This document shows positions 43,043-52,601 of a stretch of 64,000 nucleotides of DNA, one piece after another. The stretch is from the NCBI GenBank assembly GCA_963696295.1, contig CAVOJR010000001.1:2304001-2368000 (forward strand), given 5' to 3'. The notes beneath the pieces were generated by a model. The model was not told the DNA's origin. It did not search any database and worked only from the letters and a program-made list of their open reading frames with translations. Position numbers and translations under genes: made by a program. This stretch comes from an uncultured Chlamydiae bacterium (GTDB taxonomy: Bacteria > Chlamydiota > Chlamydiia > Chlamydiales > JAJFMB01). Within the stretch, counting starts at the first letter, position 1. The number at the start of each line of letters is the position of its first letter.

Positions 43043-43378
43043 TCACCTTTTGCCCAGCGTTTTATGCGGTCTTTTCCTTTTTGTCAGCTTGTAGCAGCTC
43101 TCTTGAATATCTGCGGGAAGAAATTGAAACTTTTTTTCAGCCAGGGCCTGAATTTCTGCAAGAAAAGGATAGCGCGGATTCCATTGAAACACCCTTGTCC
43201 GACCCTCTAAAAAACTCACCAGCAACCCTCCTTCTTCCAATTTTCTGAGCGTTTTTTGTATAGGATCAAGGGAGGATTTGAAAGAACGGCTTAACTCAGT
43301 AGCATTGGCCTTTCCATGCAAAAAAAGGTAGATGAGGATTTTTTCCACATTTTTGTTGGCAAAAAGATATTCTAGCAT
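43043..43378 (-). CDS. Winged helix-turn-helix protein
   Basis: ATELSRSF...IQKTLRKLEEGGLLVS..EGRTRVF. Confidence 0.85.
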   Translation of the reverse strand: MLEYLFANKNVEKILIYLFLHGKANATELSRSFKSSLDPIQKTLRKLEEGGLLVSFLEGRTRVFQWNPRYPFLAEIQALAEKKFQFLPADIQESCYKLTKRKRPHKTLGKR

Positions 43379-43394
43379 TTTATAAACCTATATA

Positions 43395-43412
43395 ATCGGT
43401 TATATAACCGAT
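43395..43412. promoter_or_regulatory. Perfect 18-bp palindrome, candidate autoregulatory operator
   Basis: ATCGGTTAT|ATAACCGAT, 16 nt upstream of the wHTH start. Confidence 0.6.
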
Positions 43413-43753
43413 AAAATAGGTGGTTGTTAAGTTTGAAAATCCTTGGGAAATAGGCCAAGTCAATGCCCGACAGAGCGGTGGAAAGTTACGCCATGTTAAT
43501 TACAGATTTGGGTTCCACCGGATCAATAAATCCTTGCCGCTAAAAAAATCATTTGCTCAGGAAGAATTTCGCCAGGGTGTGCTTCACGATTTGCGCTCCG
43601 AAGAGGGGCGCTTTCAAGTTGGCGCCTTGAATAATAAAAGTAAAGGTTTTGAGATGTTTTCATGAAACAATAAGTTTGAATAGTGCGATATATTTATTTA
43701 CATTAATTGTGATTTGGTTTAAAATAATACCATTAATATCAAATGGTGTTATT

Positions 43754-45304
43754 ATGATTAATAAAGTGATTTTTTTTCTTCTGATTACCCTTTCTTTTCA
43801 CTCGGTCCACGCTTTAGACCTCTCCAGAGAAGATAAGGCGTTTCAAAACGAATACCAAATGCTCTACGAATCTTTTTCTACCTCTTTTGACAATAAAATA
43901 GATGATCAAACCACCTATGTTCATGTCATCGAATCTGTAAATAACAACGAACTCACTCTAACTGATGGCATGAAATTTTCCATGACTTGGTGGTACCAAG
44001 GAAGCGGCAAGAATTGGAAAAAAGGGGACCATGTTTATATTACTTTCGATTTTAGTTATAAACAATGCAAGATAGATCATGTTGTTTTAAAGGAAACCAT
44101 TTGGACTGATTTCATAGCTTTTCCCAAGTCCATACCCATAATCAAGTCAATGCCAAATGGTCAGAATGATCCAAACGCTTATTCCAAAATCACCTTAAGC
44201 AACGGTCACAGCTTTAAAGGAGAGGACAAAATTTTTGGGCGCAATGGATGGAATGTAAAAGATGAAGTAATTGTTTTTGCCAATCCATCAGGCCAATATC
44301 AGGTTTGGAATCTCAATATAAAACAAATAATCACCTGCAAATATGCTGGATCTATAAACGGCAAACCAGTGAAACCTTCCAATATTGATGGTATCCTTGG
44401 TCTCGAAGAGCGCCTCAACCAAAAAGTATTGCAACAACCCTTAGCGACAAAAACTGTGGCGGGATCCATGCTTATCTACTCAGCGGGTCTAAAAGAAAAA
44501 AATCGTCCCGTGGGCGTTTTCCTGTTTTTAGGGCCGACTGGAGTTGGAAAAACGGAACTGGCAAAGGCCCTGAACATCGAAATCTATAAAGACCCCTCTT
44601 GCCTGCTCCGCTTTGATATGAGCCATTTTGTGGAACCGCATAGCGTCGCGCGTTTGATCGGTTCCCCTCCAGGCTATGTCAACCATGAGGAAGGGGGGCA
44701 GCTGACAGAACCTTTGCTTGAGAACTCGCAAAGAATTGTCCTTCTCGACGAAATAGAAAAAGCGCACCCTCAAGTACACAAATTATTTCTGCCTGTATTC
44801 GATGAAGGCTTTTGCCTCGATAGCAAGAACAATAAAATCGATTGCTCCAACACGATATTTATCATGACATCGAATCTCTGCGGACAAGAAATCGCCCAAC
44901 TGTTTCAACAAGGATACAGCTCTGAAGAAATTTTAGAAATCATCGAACCTAAGCTGATGAAGGCTCTTTCACCCGAGCTCTATAATCGCGTGGAACCCGT
45001 TCTTTTCAGACCTCTTGAAAAAGAAACTATGGGAGCGCTGGTCGATTTGTTTATCAAACAATTGACGTCCCGTATTTGGGAAGAAAAGCAAATTAAGATC
45101 ATTATAGATTCTTCATTAAGAAATTTTTTGATGGAAAATGGCTACCATCCCCTTCTCGGCGCCCGTCCGCTACGAAGTCTCATCGAAAGAAGAGTTGTGG
45201 CCACCATTGCCTATAGCATCATTAAAGATAATATTGAAAATGACAGCGAAATCACGATTATGTACGATCAGGAAAGTGATTCGGTCTTTGTCGTGAAATC
45301 CTAA
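43754..45304 (+). CDS. Signal peptide, beta-rich domain and single ClpB-type D2 AAA+ ATPase domain
   Basis: MINKVIFFLLITLSFHSVHA; GPTGVGKT, LIGSPPGYV, LLDEIEKAHP, MTSN, GARPLR. Confidence 0.88.
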   Translation: MINKVIFFLLITLSFHSVHALDLSREDKAFQNEYQMLYESFSTSFDNKIDDQTTYVHVIESVNNNELTLTDGMKFSMTWWYQGSGKNWKKGDHVYITFDFSYKQCKIDHVVLKETIWTDFIAFPKSIPIIKSMPNGQNDPNAYSKITLSNGHSFKGEDKIFGRNGWNVKDEVIVFANPSGQYQVWNLNIKQIITCKYAGSINGKPVKPSNIDGILGLEERLNQKVLQQPLATKTVAGSMLIYSAGLKEKNRPVGVFLFLGPTGVGKTELAKALNIEIYKDPSCLLRFDMSHFVEPHSVARLIGSPPGYVNHEEGGQLTEPLLENSQRIVLLDEIEKAHPQVHKLFLPVFDEGFCLDSKNNKIDCSNTIFIMTSNLCGQEIAQLFQQGYSSEEILEIIEPKLMKALSPELYNRVEPVLFRPLEKETMGALVDLFIKQLTSRIWEEKQIKIIIDSSLRNFLMENGYHPLLGARPLRSLIERRVVATIAYSIIKDNIENDSEITIMYDQESDSVFVVKS

Positions 45305-45318
45305 ATTGGTTGATCATC

Positions 45319-48300
45319 TCACAGAATGATAGGCGTTCTATTTCTTGCTTGTTGCAAGGCTTTCACCATTTCTTTGGGTTCTTGGGCTAAGAGATAAAAA
45401 TGATCCGCATAGCTGTTCCTCACCCCTATCTCCCTGTCTCCGGTAGCTCTGAGGTACTCTTCTGAGCGTCTCCAAAGCGTTAGTATAAACTGCTCCTCGG
45501 CTGCAAAGCCGGGGTTAACCGACCAATTCGACTTGTCAATCGTGGCAGTTCCAAAAAGTTCTTCCACGGTAGAAGCCTTAATTCTGTTGCTGTCAAAGCT
45601 GATGACACGCTTGAGATCGAGGTCATGAGCGGCATGAAAGACTTTCCTTAAAAAATAGAGATCCCGGTTGATCAGAGGATCAATTGTTCCTTCGCTTGCG
45701 GTTGACCATAAGATGGCTTCTCCATACACCTTGGCTTCCGCAGCATCCTTGAAAAGCCTGCCAGGACCTGTGTGGATTCGCACATCTTGCGCAAAGTTCA
45801 CGGCATCAATCCTTTCGTAAGAATTATATTTGGCTTCGTCGATGCTCCTGTCAACTTCTGATTCCCGGCCTGTCCGTTGATAAGCCGAGGCCATCTCCAC
45901 TTTTAGCAGAAAGTTTGGGTCGGTTGCCATTTTTGCCTTTACCCATGGCACGATCTCCAGACCGTCGTCACTTTTAAAAGGGATAGTGCTCTTTTTGGCT
46001 AACTGGTTCAATGCGTCGATGATATCGACTGCCAAAAAACCCTGTCTTAAGCCATGCGCCAGAGGGTGATTGGGGCGTTGGACTGTATACAATTTGCCTG
46101 CAATCGATGTCTGAACATAGTTCGAGGGAGTGTCTTTGTAGGGTCGGCAGAAATATTTGTTCACCATTTCTGCAATGTGTGCGCTGCTGACGGGTGCGGC
46201 TATTGATGAGCTTCCTGAAGAACGCGCTTTGGCAAAAGCTTTGGAACCATCTTCGGTGAAATACAGGAACATCCCATTAACCGATGGGAAGGCCGGATCG
46301 CCGGGCGGAACTTCCATGAAGTAACGCACGCCGCGCGCTCTTAGTGATTTTAAAGTGACTAATGGCATTTTATTCTCTTTGATATTATCCAGGACTTTTT
46401 CTTTTAAAGCCTCTGGCATAATCACTTCTTGCAAGGAATCAAATTTCATCTCCTTGCTGCCGGACTCTTTTGTGAGCTTTAGCTCATGAATGCCGATGAG
46501 ATTGCCGCCTTTATCGTAATAGGCGTAACCCCCAACCTGATATAAGTTTTTAAGCTGTGGATCATCGGTACCTAGCGCAAGGTTTTCAGCCGGATATAAG
46601 AACTGCGCGGTTTCAGCGTTTTCCGGGGCGCCAGTAATAACGGATGCGGAATACTTCTTGGTGGAGGACATTTCCGCAAGCTTCGCATTTTTATAATCAG
46701 CCACCAAATTCAAGTAGAGGCATTCGTAAAACTGATCTTTAATCGATTCGATGTGAACCGCGGTATCAAATTGCTCATCCACAGGCTGGCGGTAGAAACG
46801 CTCCCGCTGGGCCGCGGTCATGCCTCGATTACATTCACTGCAGCACACTTGGCGATACTTCTGATCTCTGGTCTTCCAAACGACGTTTGAGGGAGCGGGT
46901 TTGGCCCCTGCGGTCTTTTCCCGGCAGCCTCCAACAATGCAGTTCGCCTGGACTAAAGCCTGCACTTTTTCTGGTTTGCCGCCCCTAAGTATCGTCACAT
47001 TACCGATTGATCCTTCCGATGTGTCAACTTCATCCATACCGATAGCCAGGAAGCAGTCTTGATCAGAGTCCTTAAGCCGGTCATTCGCAGTATCCTTAAA
47101 TTTATACATAAAGAAACCGTGCGGCGCCCTTGTCGCATAAAAATCTGCAAACTGTTTGGCTAAAGCTTTATCACCCTTGCTAATTTTATCCTGCGCAGCT
47201 GCAGGGATATACCCGGGAGGCACCCAGTCAAAGTGGGTGGAATCATAGCTGAGCAACTCAGGTGATGTGACTTGTGTGCTATTTCCATCCTTCGGACAGT
47301 TGGGCTGCGTAGTGATGCATTTGACGCTTTCATTAAATTCTCTTCTTATTGGCTCCGGGATAAAGTCCTTGCTTCTCTGCGCTCTTTTTACGGGTAAAAC
47401 GTCTTGTGTCAATTGCCCAACAAGGGCTTTGGTTTGGATTAATTCATTTTTTCCATTGAAGTAAGCATACCCGCCAATATACATCAACGCGGCAAAATCG
47501 GCGCCATACTGCTCTGTCAATGTGGCAATGATATCCCCAATGTACTGCTTTTTCTTAGCTTCTATTTGTTCTTGCGTTGCTTTTAAACCCGCACTTTCCA
47601 GCTCTCTTTTTGCCTCATATGCCAGGTATTCCCCAAGAGCGTCGATCGGTTTGACAAAGTAAAAGTACTTGGCATCTTTATGGATTTTGAATAGGTTTCG
47701 ATCGCTCTCGCTAAGATTTACCTCACCTCTTTTGGACAGGAGCGCGCTAAAAGTAAGCTCGAGCCCTATTTCTTCTCTTACAGTCCCCGACTTTGTCCAT
47801 CGGTTTATCCATCTCCCTTTCATCGTTTTCTTTCTATGAATTTCTCTCACAGCTCCACTAGGATCGTAATCAAATTGTTTAATAGTGCCCTCTAAGGGGA
47901 CTGGCATGTCACCCGATAAACCAAAGGGAGTTTCTTCATCAACCTTGATCCGTTTTAAATCCGATGGCTGTAAAGTGACAGCGCAAAAAGGCATTGGGAC
48001 CTTATCAAAGAAGCCAGGAGTTGGAGGTCCGAGCAAGATGTTGGCGCGCAGGTCTGTAACCTTGGCTTGCCTATTCATCTTATCGATATTCTCAAAGTAA
48101 GCATTCGGGTTAAACTCATCTACGTTATTCGCTTCTAATGATTTAGCCTTTTCCCGTTTTGAGGGGGGAGTGATGTCCTTGAAAGATTTTCGGATCCTCA
48201 CAGGGCTTGACGAGGGCCCTTTTGCCTTGTATCCTGCAGCATCAAGATGTTTCCTAAAAGTCGCTTTGATTTCATGCCGTTTTTCTTTCCCGATTGTCGT

Positions 48301-49986
48301 GATAGTGATGATCCTTTCCTTTTTAGGCTCAAAATTGTCTAAAAGGGCCCGGTACTGTGTATTTCCTTCTTTGCATTTCGCAGTGAGGGTATCCTTTTGC
48401 AACCCCTCTAAAACGCCTCTTTCCCCAATACTCGTCATGGAAGGACAGTCGCACATCCTCCCATAAGGGTGCGCTCGGTATAAAGAAGCGTTGGATCCCT
48501 CTGTGGCTCTATCTTTGGGAATCATCATCACATGAAGCGTGCCCACAAAGGCCGCGCTTTGAATTTCCGTGGTATATTTATTGACGGCATCCATGAGTTG
48601 CGTTTCCAGTGTGTAATTACCTGGAAAAGCTTCTCGAATATTGTTTCTGGCGGCGTCAACATAGGCAGCATAGACACTGCGGGAATTTGAAAGAAAGTGC
48701 AGAGTTGACTCCCAAGGATTGATATTCTTGATAAATTCAATATCGCAGGAGGCTAGGGCTCTGCGCGTTTCTGGGTCATGATCATGGGTTGTTGTCCGCT
48801 TATATCTGTCATTTGGCACCTTATCTTTCCTGGGGATCCTCAGGAATTTGTAGTTATGTGTCTCTTTAGCGGGATATTTATGCCTGACTATCTCCTTGTT
48901 GAGATAGTTAACTACTGCCCAAGGGGTATCTTGAGCCGATACCAGAACAAAAAATTTATCTCCAAAGAACTTCCTGATTTCTAAAGCTCGCCCAATGGCA
49001 GCTTTCACATACTCTTGATTGCGGCTGTTGACAGCATATTCCGCTTTGTGCTTTTCAAGCGCGTACACACTTTGAGAAAAGACGTCGTTAATTTCCGTAG
49101 TGAGAATGCCAAACTCTTGCAATCGTTGAATTTCTTCACCGGGATCATCATCTATGTAGTTCTCTTTTAGTCTATCGAGCAGCTCATCCCACTTTTCTTC
49201 TTTTTTTAGCTTTTCCAATTCCCGAATTTCCTTTTCTATGCTGGAGAGCGGCGGTGCTGCCGTGCTGGAAGAGGAGCTCGAGCTGGAAGAAGAGCTTGAG
49301 CTGGAAGGCGCTTTTGTCGCGGTGGTGATTGTCGTGGTGATCACCGGCGGCGGTGGGGCTTTGATTATCCCTGGTGTGGTCGCGGTCGCGGTTGTGGTTG
49401 TGGTCGTCACTGGTGTGGTTGTCACCGCAGGTCGGGTCGCGGTTGTGGTTGTCACCGCAGGTGGGAACGGGGCTTTGATTATCCCTGGTGTGGTCGCGGT
49501 TGTGGTCGTCACCGCAGCTCCTCGGAGCGGGTGTGTGGTTGTCACCAATGGGGATTTTCCCTTAAGGTCTTTGACGAATTTGACTATGCGATCACTAATT
49601 TCTGAGATTTTTTTCGGCTCGTATTTATAGATTTCGATTTTTTTGTATCCAAAGCAGGTAAAAAACAGATTGTGAATTGCGATAAACAATGCCGCAAGTC
49701 CGGATGGGGGCTTGCTTCTCCCTGTTTTTGTATGGAATTCGTCAACAAAATGAATCACATTGTCCAATTGATCTTTCGTTAATTTTTTGCAGTTTTCTAC
49801 AATTTCTGCTTCAGATAGCGCTATTAACTTGGCATAAGTTTTATAAAGGTCTGAGTTCTGCCCCAGTTTAAAACCGGGCTTTACTTTCTCCTTAAGGGCA
49901 ATGCTCGACCCGCTTAGATAGACCTCGCTTTTAGAAAGGTCGCACTTTTTAGACCAAATAGAGGCATCAAAAATATTTGTAATCAT
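45319..49986 (-). CDS. 1555-aa multidomain candidate effector with C-terminal SidE/Dup-type phosphodiesterase domain
   Basis: RPNHPLAH, TGRESE, AAHDLDLKR; Thr/Pro/Ser linker; internal duplicated module; Cys cluster. Confidence 0.8.
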   Translation of the reverse strand: MITNIFDASIWSKKCDLSKSEVYLSGSSIALKEKVKPGFKLGQNSDLYKTYAKLIALSEAEIVENCKKLTKDQLDNVIHFVDEFHTKTGRSKPPSGLAALFIAIHNLFFTCFGYKKIEIYKYEPKKISEISDRIVKFVKDLKGKSPLVTTTHPLRGAAVTTTTATTPGIIKAPFPPAVTTTTATRPAVTTTPVTTTTTTATATTPGIIKAPPPPVITTTITTATKAPSSSSSSSSSSSSSSTAAPPLSSIEKEIRELEKLKKEEKWDELLDRLKENYIDDDPGEEIQRLQEFGILTTEINDVFSQSVYALEKHKAEYAVNSRNQEYVKAAIGRALEIRKFFGDKFFVLVSAQDTPWAVVNYLNKEIVRHKYPAKETHNYKFLRIPRKDKVPNDRYKRTTTHDHDPETRRALASCDIEFIKNINPWESTLHFLSNSRSVYAAYVDAARNNIREAFPGNYTLETQLMDAVNKYTTEIQSAAFVGTLHVMMIPKDRATEGSNASLYRAHPYGRMCDCPSMTSIGERGVLEGLQKDTLTAKCKEGNTQYRALLDNFEPKKERIITITTIGKEKRHEIKATFRKHLDAAGYKAKGPSSSPVRIRKSFKDITPPSKREKAKSLEANNVDEFNPNAYFENIDKMNRQAKVTDLRANILLGPPTPGFFDKVPMPFCAVTLQPSDLKRIKVDEETPFGLSGDMPVPLEGTIKQFDYDPSGAVREIHRKKTMKGRWINRWTKSGTVREEIGLELTFSALLSKRGEVNLSESDRNLFKIHKDAKYFYFVKPIDALGEYLAYEAKRELESAGLKATQEQIEAKKKQYIGDIIATLTEQYGADFAALMYIGGYAYFNGKNELIQTKALVGQLTQDVLPVKRAQRSKDFIPEPIRREFNESVKCITTQPNCPKDGNSTQVTSPELLSYDSTHFDWVPPGYIPAAAQDKISKGDKALAKQFADFYATRAPHGFFMYKFKDTANDRLKDSDQDCFLAIGMDEVDTSEGSIGNVTILRGGKPEKVQALVQANCIVGGCREKTAGAKPAPSNVVWKTRDQKYRQVCCSECNRGMTAAQRERFYRQPVDEQFDTAVHIESIKDQFYECLYLNLVADYKNAKLAEMSSTKKYSASVITGAPENAETAQFLYPAENLALGTDDPQLKNLYQVGGYAYYDKGGNLIGIHELKLTKESGSKEMKFDSLQEVIMPEALKEKVLDNIKENKMPLVTLKSLRARGVRYFMEVPPGDPAFPSVNGMFLYFTEDGSKAFAKARSSGSSSIAAPVSSAHIAEMVNKYFCRPYKDTPSNYVQTSIAGKLYTVQRPNHPLAHGLRQGFLAVDIIDALNQLAKKSTIPFKSDDGLEIVPWVKAKMATDPNFLLKVEMASAYQRTGRESEVDRSIDEAKYNSYERIDAVNFAQDVRIHTGPGRLFKDAAEAKVYGEAILWSTASEGTIDPLINRDLYFLRKVFHAAHDLDLKRVISFDSNRIKASTVEELFGTATIDKSNWSVNPGFAAEEQFILTLWRRSEEYLRATGDREIGVRNSYADHFYLLAQEPKEMVKALQQARNRTPIIL
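49245..49550 (-). repeat. Intragenic low-complexity Thr/Pro/Ser repeats
   Basis: GGGGCTTTGATTATCCCTGGTGTGGTCGCGGT twice, repeated GTGGTTGTCACC, poly-Ser. Confidence 0.85.
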
Positions 49987-50999
49987 AATTCTTTAACATT
50001 TAAAATTTTTGCACTTACCATGACACTTATTATCTCAGAAGGTGAAATATAGGGGGAAAAGAGGTCTTTCTGATCCTCTGTTGGTGCGGGTATGCCTTCG
50101 TACGATTTCTCTTTTTTATAATACCCAAAACCGACAGCGTTAATGGAGTTTCCCCACTGTAAAACTTTATCTTTTGGGATCAGCTTACTACCAGAGTCAT
50201 TGATAATGTTGCACAGGTCGATAACAAAATCCTTAATGTCTAGCCTTCTTTTAAATGCTGCCCTTAAAGCATCATCACTTTCCCCCATCGTAATCATAGG
50301 CAGTTTTGGTCGATCGGGATCCAAAACGGCCACCTCTCTCCCTGGAAAGCCTAGAGAGTCAGCCAGGAGTTCTTTATACGCGCTTTTGATATGATCCAGC
50401 TGATCAACCGGGTTATGGCTTTCTCTTTTAACAACAGGATGCCTGTCTATAATCCATCCATCCAAGATATCCATTTTATATCTTTCCCACCGAATTTTGA
50501 TACGGCTTGCCAGAGTACCGATATTGCACACTTCCTCGAAAAGTTTGTTGTGTAACTCAATTTGAACGGGCTGACAATTTAAAAAGCACTCGATTAACCT
50601 AACTTGAATTTCATCTTTCCTCTTCCGCTCTAAAGGGGATGCGTCCGAAATTAGAAATAACGTATAGCGGAGCATGTTTCGATTTCGTTCCTTTTCTAAA
50701 GGTTCCGTATGTTTCGTCCACCCTATTTTCGCTGTTTGCCGAATCATATCTCTCACCATTGGTGGTTTGTTCCCATACGGATACCTCACCGCAAACTCTG
50801 CTCTATTTGTTATCTTTTCAATTTCCTCTTCTGAAATCTCAAATCTTGGCAGCTCATTTGGTCTATAAACCATGAAAGCCTCTGCACCAAAAGAAATGTT
50901 AGCAAAGATTTTATCAATAGTGCTCTCAATCTTACCACCTCCATCATTGCCCAAAGCAGGTGTGTATTCTACAGTTTTTTGTGAAATAATTGGATTCAT
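49983..50999 (-). CDS. Hypothetical helical protein with central Cys (NCQP), translationally coupled to the 1555-aa gene
   Basis: ATGA stop/start overlap at 49983-49986; AAGGG upstream of ATG 50999. Confidence 0.8.
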   Translation of the reverse strand: MNPIISQKTVEYTPALGNDGGGKIESTIDKIFANISFGAEAFMVYRPNELPRFEISEEEIEKITNRAEFAVRYPYGNKPPMVRDMIRQTAKIGWTKHTEPLEKERNRNMLRYTLFLISDASPLERKRKDEIQVRLIECFLNCQPVQIELHNKLFEEVCNIGTLASRIKIRWERYKMDILDGWIIDRHPVVKRESHNPVDQLDHIKSAYKELLADSLGFPGREVAVLDPDRPKLPMITMGESDDALRAAFKRRLDIKDFVIDLCNIINDSGSKLIPKDKVLQWGNSINAVGFGYYKKEKSYEGIPAPTEDQKDLFSPYISPSEIISVMVSAKILNVKEL

Positions 51000-51522
51000 T
51001 ATGCCCTTCCTTTTTCGCTTTTTAAACAATAGTATCTGTGTCATGTGAATATTATTTAATGTTTGTATAAAGATTTTGTAAAGGACAGAGAAAGTTTGGG
51101 TGCGTCCTAAGAAAAGAGATGTGGCAAGCTACAAGCGTAAGTATTTCGACTAATATTGATAGTATAATTAAAATAAGAGTATAATTATTTGTGGGTTATA
51201 TATGCATAATGCATATTAGTCTTCGTGAAATGGAGTTGACTTTAATTAAATATTATTAAATGTGAGGGCATTATGAGTAAAAAATTGCAAAAAGCAAAAA
51301 AGAAGATCTCCAAAGGAGGCCTGAATAAGACTAAAGGGGGGAGGCGTTTCTGATAAAGGGAACGCACGTGAAGCCAAGCTGATTTAGGTTATATTGTCAT
51401 GGGTAAACAGGAAGATCTCAAAAGAAGGCCTGAATAAGGCAAGAGGAACAATGGGTCGTGGAATCAAATTTGAAGGGTTTCCTATCTTCATAAGCAAAAG
51501 GCTTCATTAACAAGGAGGTATT

Positions 51523-52599
51523 ATGGAGATTCCTCTTAATACTGTGTCCGATGTACAGCCCACAAGTGAAGTTGGGAAAAGTGAGCTGTTCATTGCAGAA
51601 CCACGTAAATCTCAGATTGAATACATCCCCCCGCGAACCGGAACGGTTGTGGATAAGGAGGGAGTCGTGCATTCCTTATTATCTATCCCCAGGGAGTTTT
51701 TGGCCAGTTTGCTTGAGAAATTGCGCCAATTTGTCCTTGAAGTGGGTTTAGGTACCAAAGCGGAGAGAGCGGAAGTCACGGAGTCAAAGAGGTTGATGTT
51801 GAAGTATTACCAGGGAGGTGAAGAAGTGCATTTTCGCTCTTCTGATGGAGTTAAGCTTGAGGGAATGTTTTGCTCTGCAAAGAATGATAAGGGAATCCCC
51901 CCTTCTGGCAAAACAATACTGGTTTGTACGGGGAGCCATCAATCTTATGAAAGGCAGTCTTATCCCATAGTAGAGGCTCTTCGCAAGGAAGGACATAATG
52001 TATTCGTGTTTAATTACCGTGGATTTGGAAACAGTGAAGGAGAACCTACCGAAGAGGGGATTTGCGACGATGCTGACGCTGCCTATCAGTATTTAAAAAG
52101 CCGGGGAGCAACGGACGAATCTCTCATTGTTTATGGATATTCTTTGGGCTCTGCGCCAGCAACGGATTTGGCTGTCAATCATCCCGTTAACCTCGTACTC
52201 GACCGTCCTTTTGCTTCCATGGACCAGGTTGCTTCTGATCAGATATGGTATGTGCCTGTTCTTCCTAGGGTCCTGTGCAGGCAGTTCGCTCATTTTGACA
52301 ATGTGGCAAAAATTGGAAAAGTGCAAAAGGAGGTATTTATCATTCAGGGGACAAAAGATGCTACGATGACAACTGTTCATGGTGATAAATTATTAAAGGC
52401 CGCACGAGCTGGGGAAAATAAGCGGCCGATTCGTGTGGAAATTCCAATTAAGCACGAACATTACGACAGAGATGATTATTGGTTTTCAGCTGTCAATATG
52501 ACGGAGCCGACAATTTTGAATGCCCGGTCAGATTTTAGCGAATTTCTAAAAGGGGCCGAAACAGTTTCTATCAAGACTACCGAAACATCTACATTATAG
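51523..52599 (+). CDS. Alpha/beta hydrolase (ABHD13/17-like)
   Basis: FNYRGFGNSEG, GYSLG nucleophile elbow; RBS AAGGAGG. Confidence 0.92.
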   Translation: MEIPLNTVSDVQPTSEVGKSELFIAEPRKSQIEYIPPRTGTVVDKEGVVHSLLSIPREFLASLLEKLRQFVLEVGLGTKAERAEVTESKRLMLKYYQGGEEVHFRSSDGVKLEGMFCSAKNDKGIPPSGKTILVCTGSHQSYERQSYPIVEALRKEGHNVFVFNYRGFGNSEGEPTEEGICDDADAAYQYLKSRGATDESLIVYGYSLGSAPATDLAVNHPVNLVLDRPFASMDQVASDQIWYVPVLPRVLCRQFAHFDNVAKIGKVQKEVFIIQGTKDATMTTVHGDKLLKAARAGENKRPIRVEIPIKHEHYDRDDYWFSAVNMTEPTILNARSDFSEFLKGAETVSIKTTETSTL

Positions 52600-52601
52600 G
52601 T

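Noticed and set aside
43420..43665. 81-aa plus ORF and a minus-strand HPGEIL (HigA-like) hexapeptide at 43562-43579
   Set aside because: No downstream HTH in frame; may be chance or an unrecoverable remnant
49238..49630. Val-rich 130-aa plus-strand ORF
   Set aside because: Antisense of the Thr/Ser-rich linker
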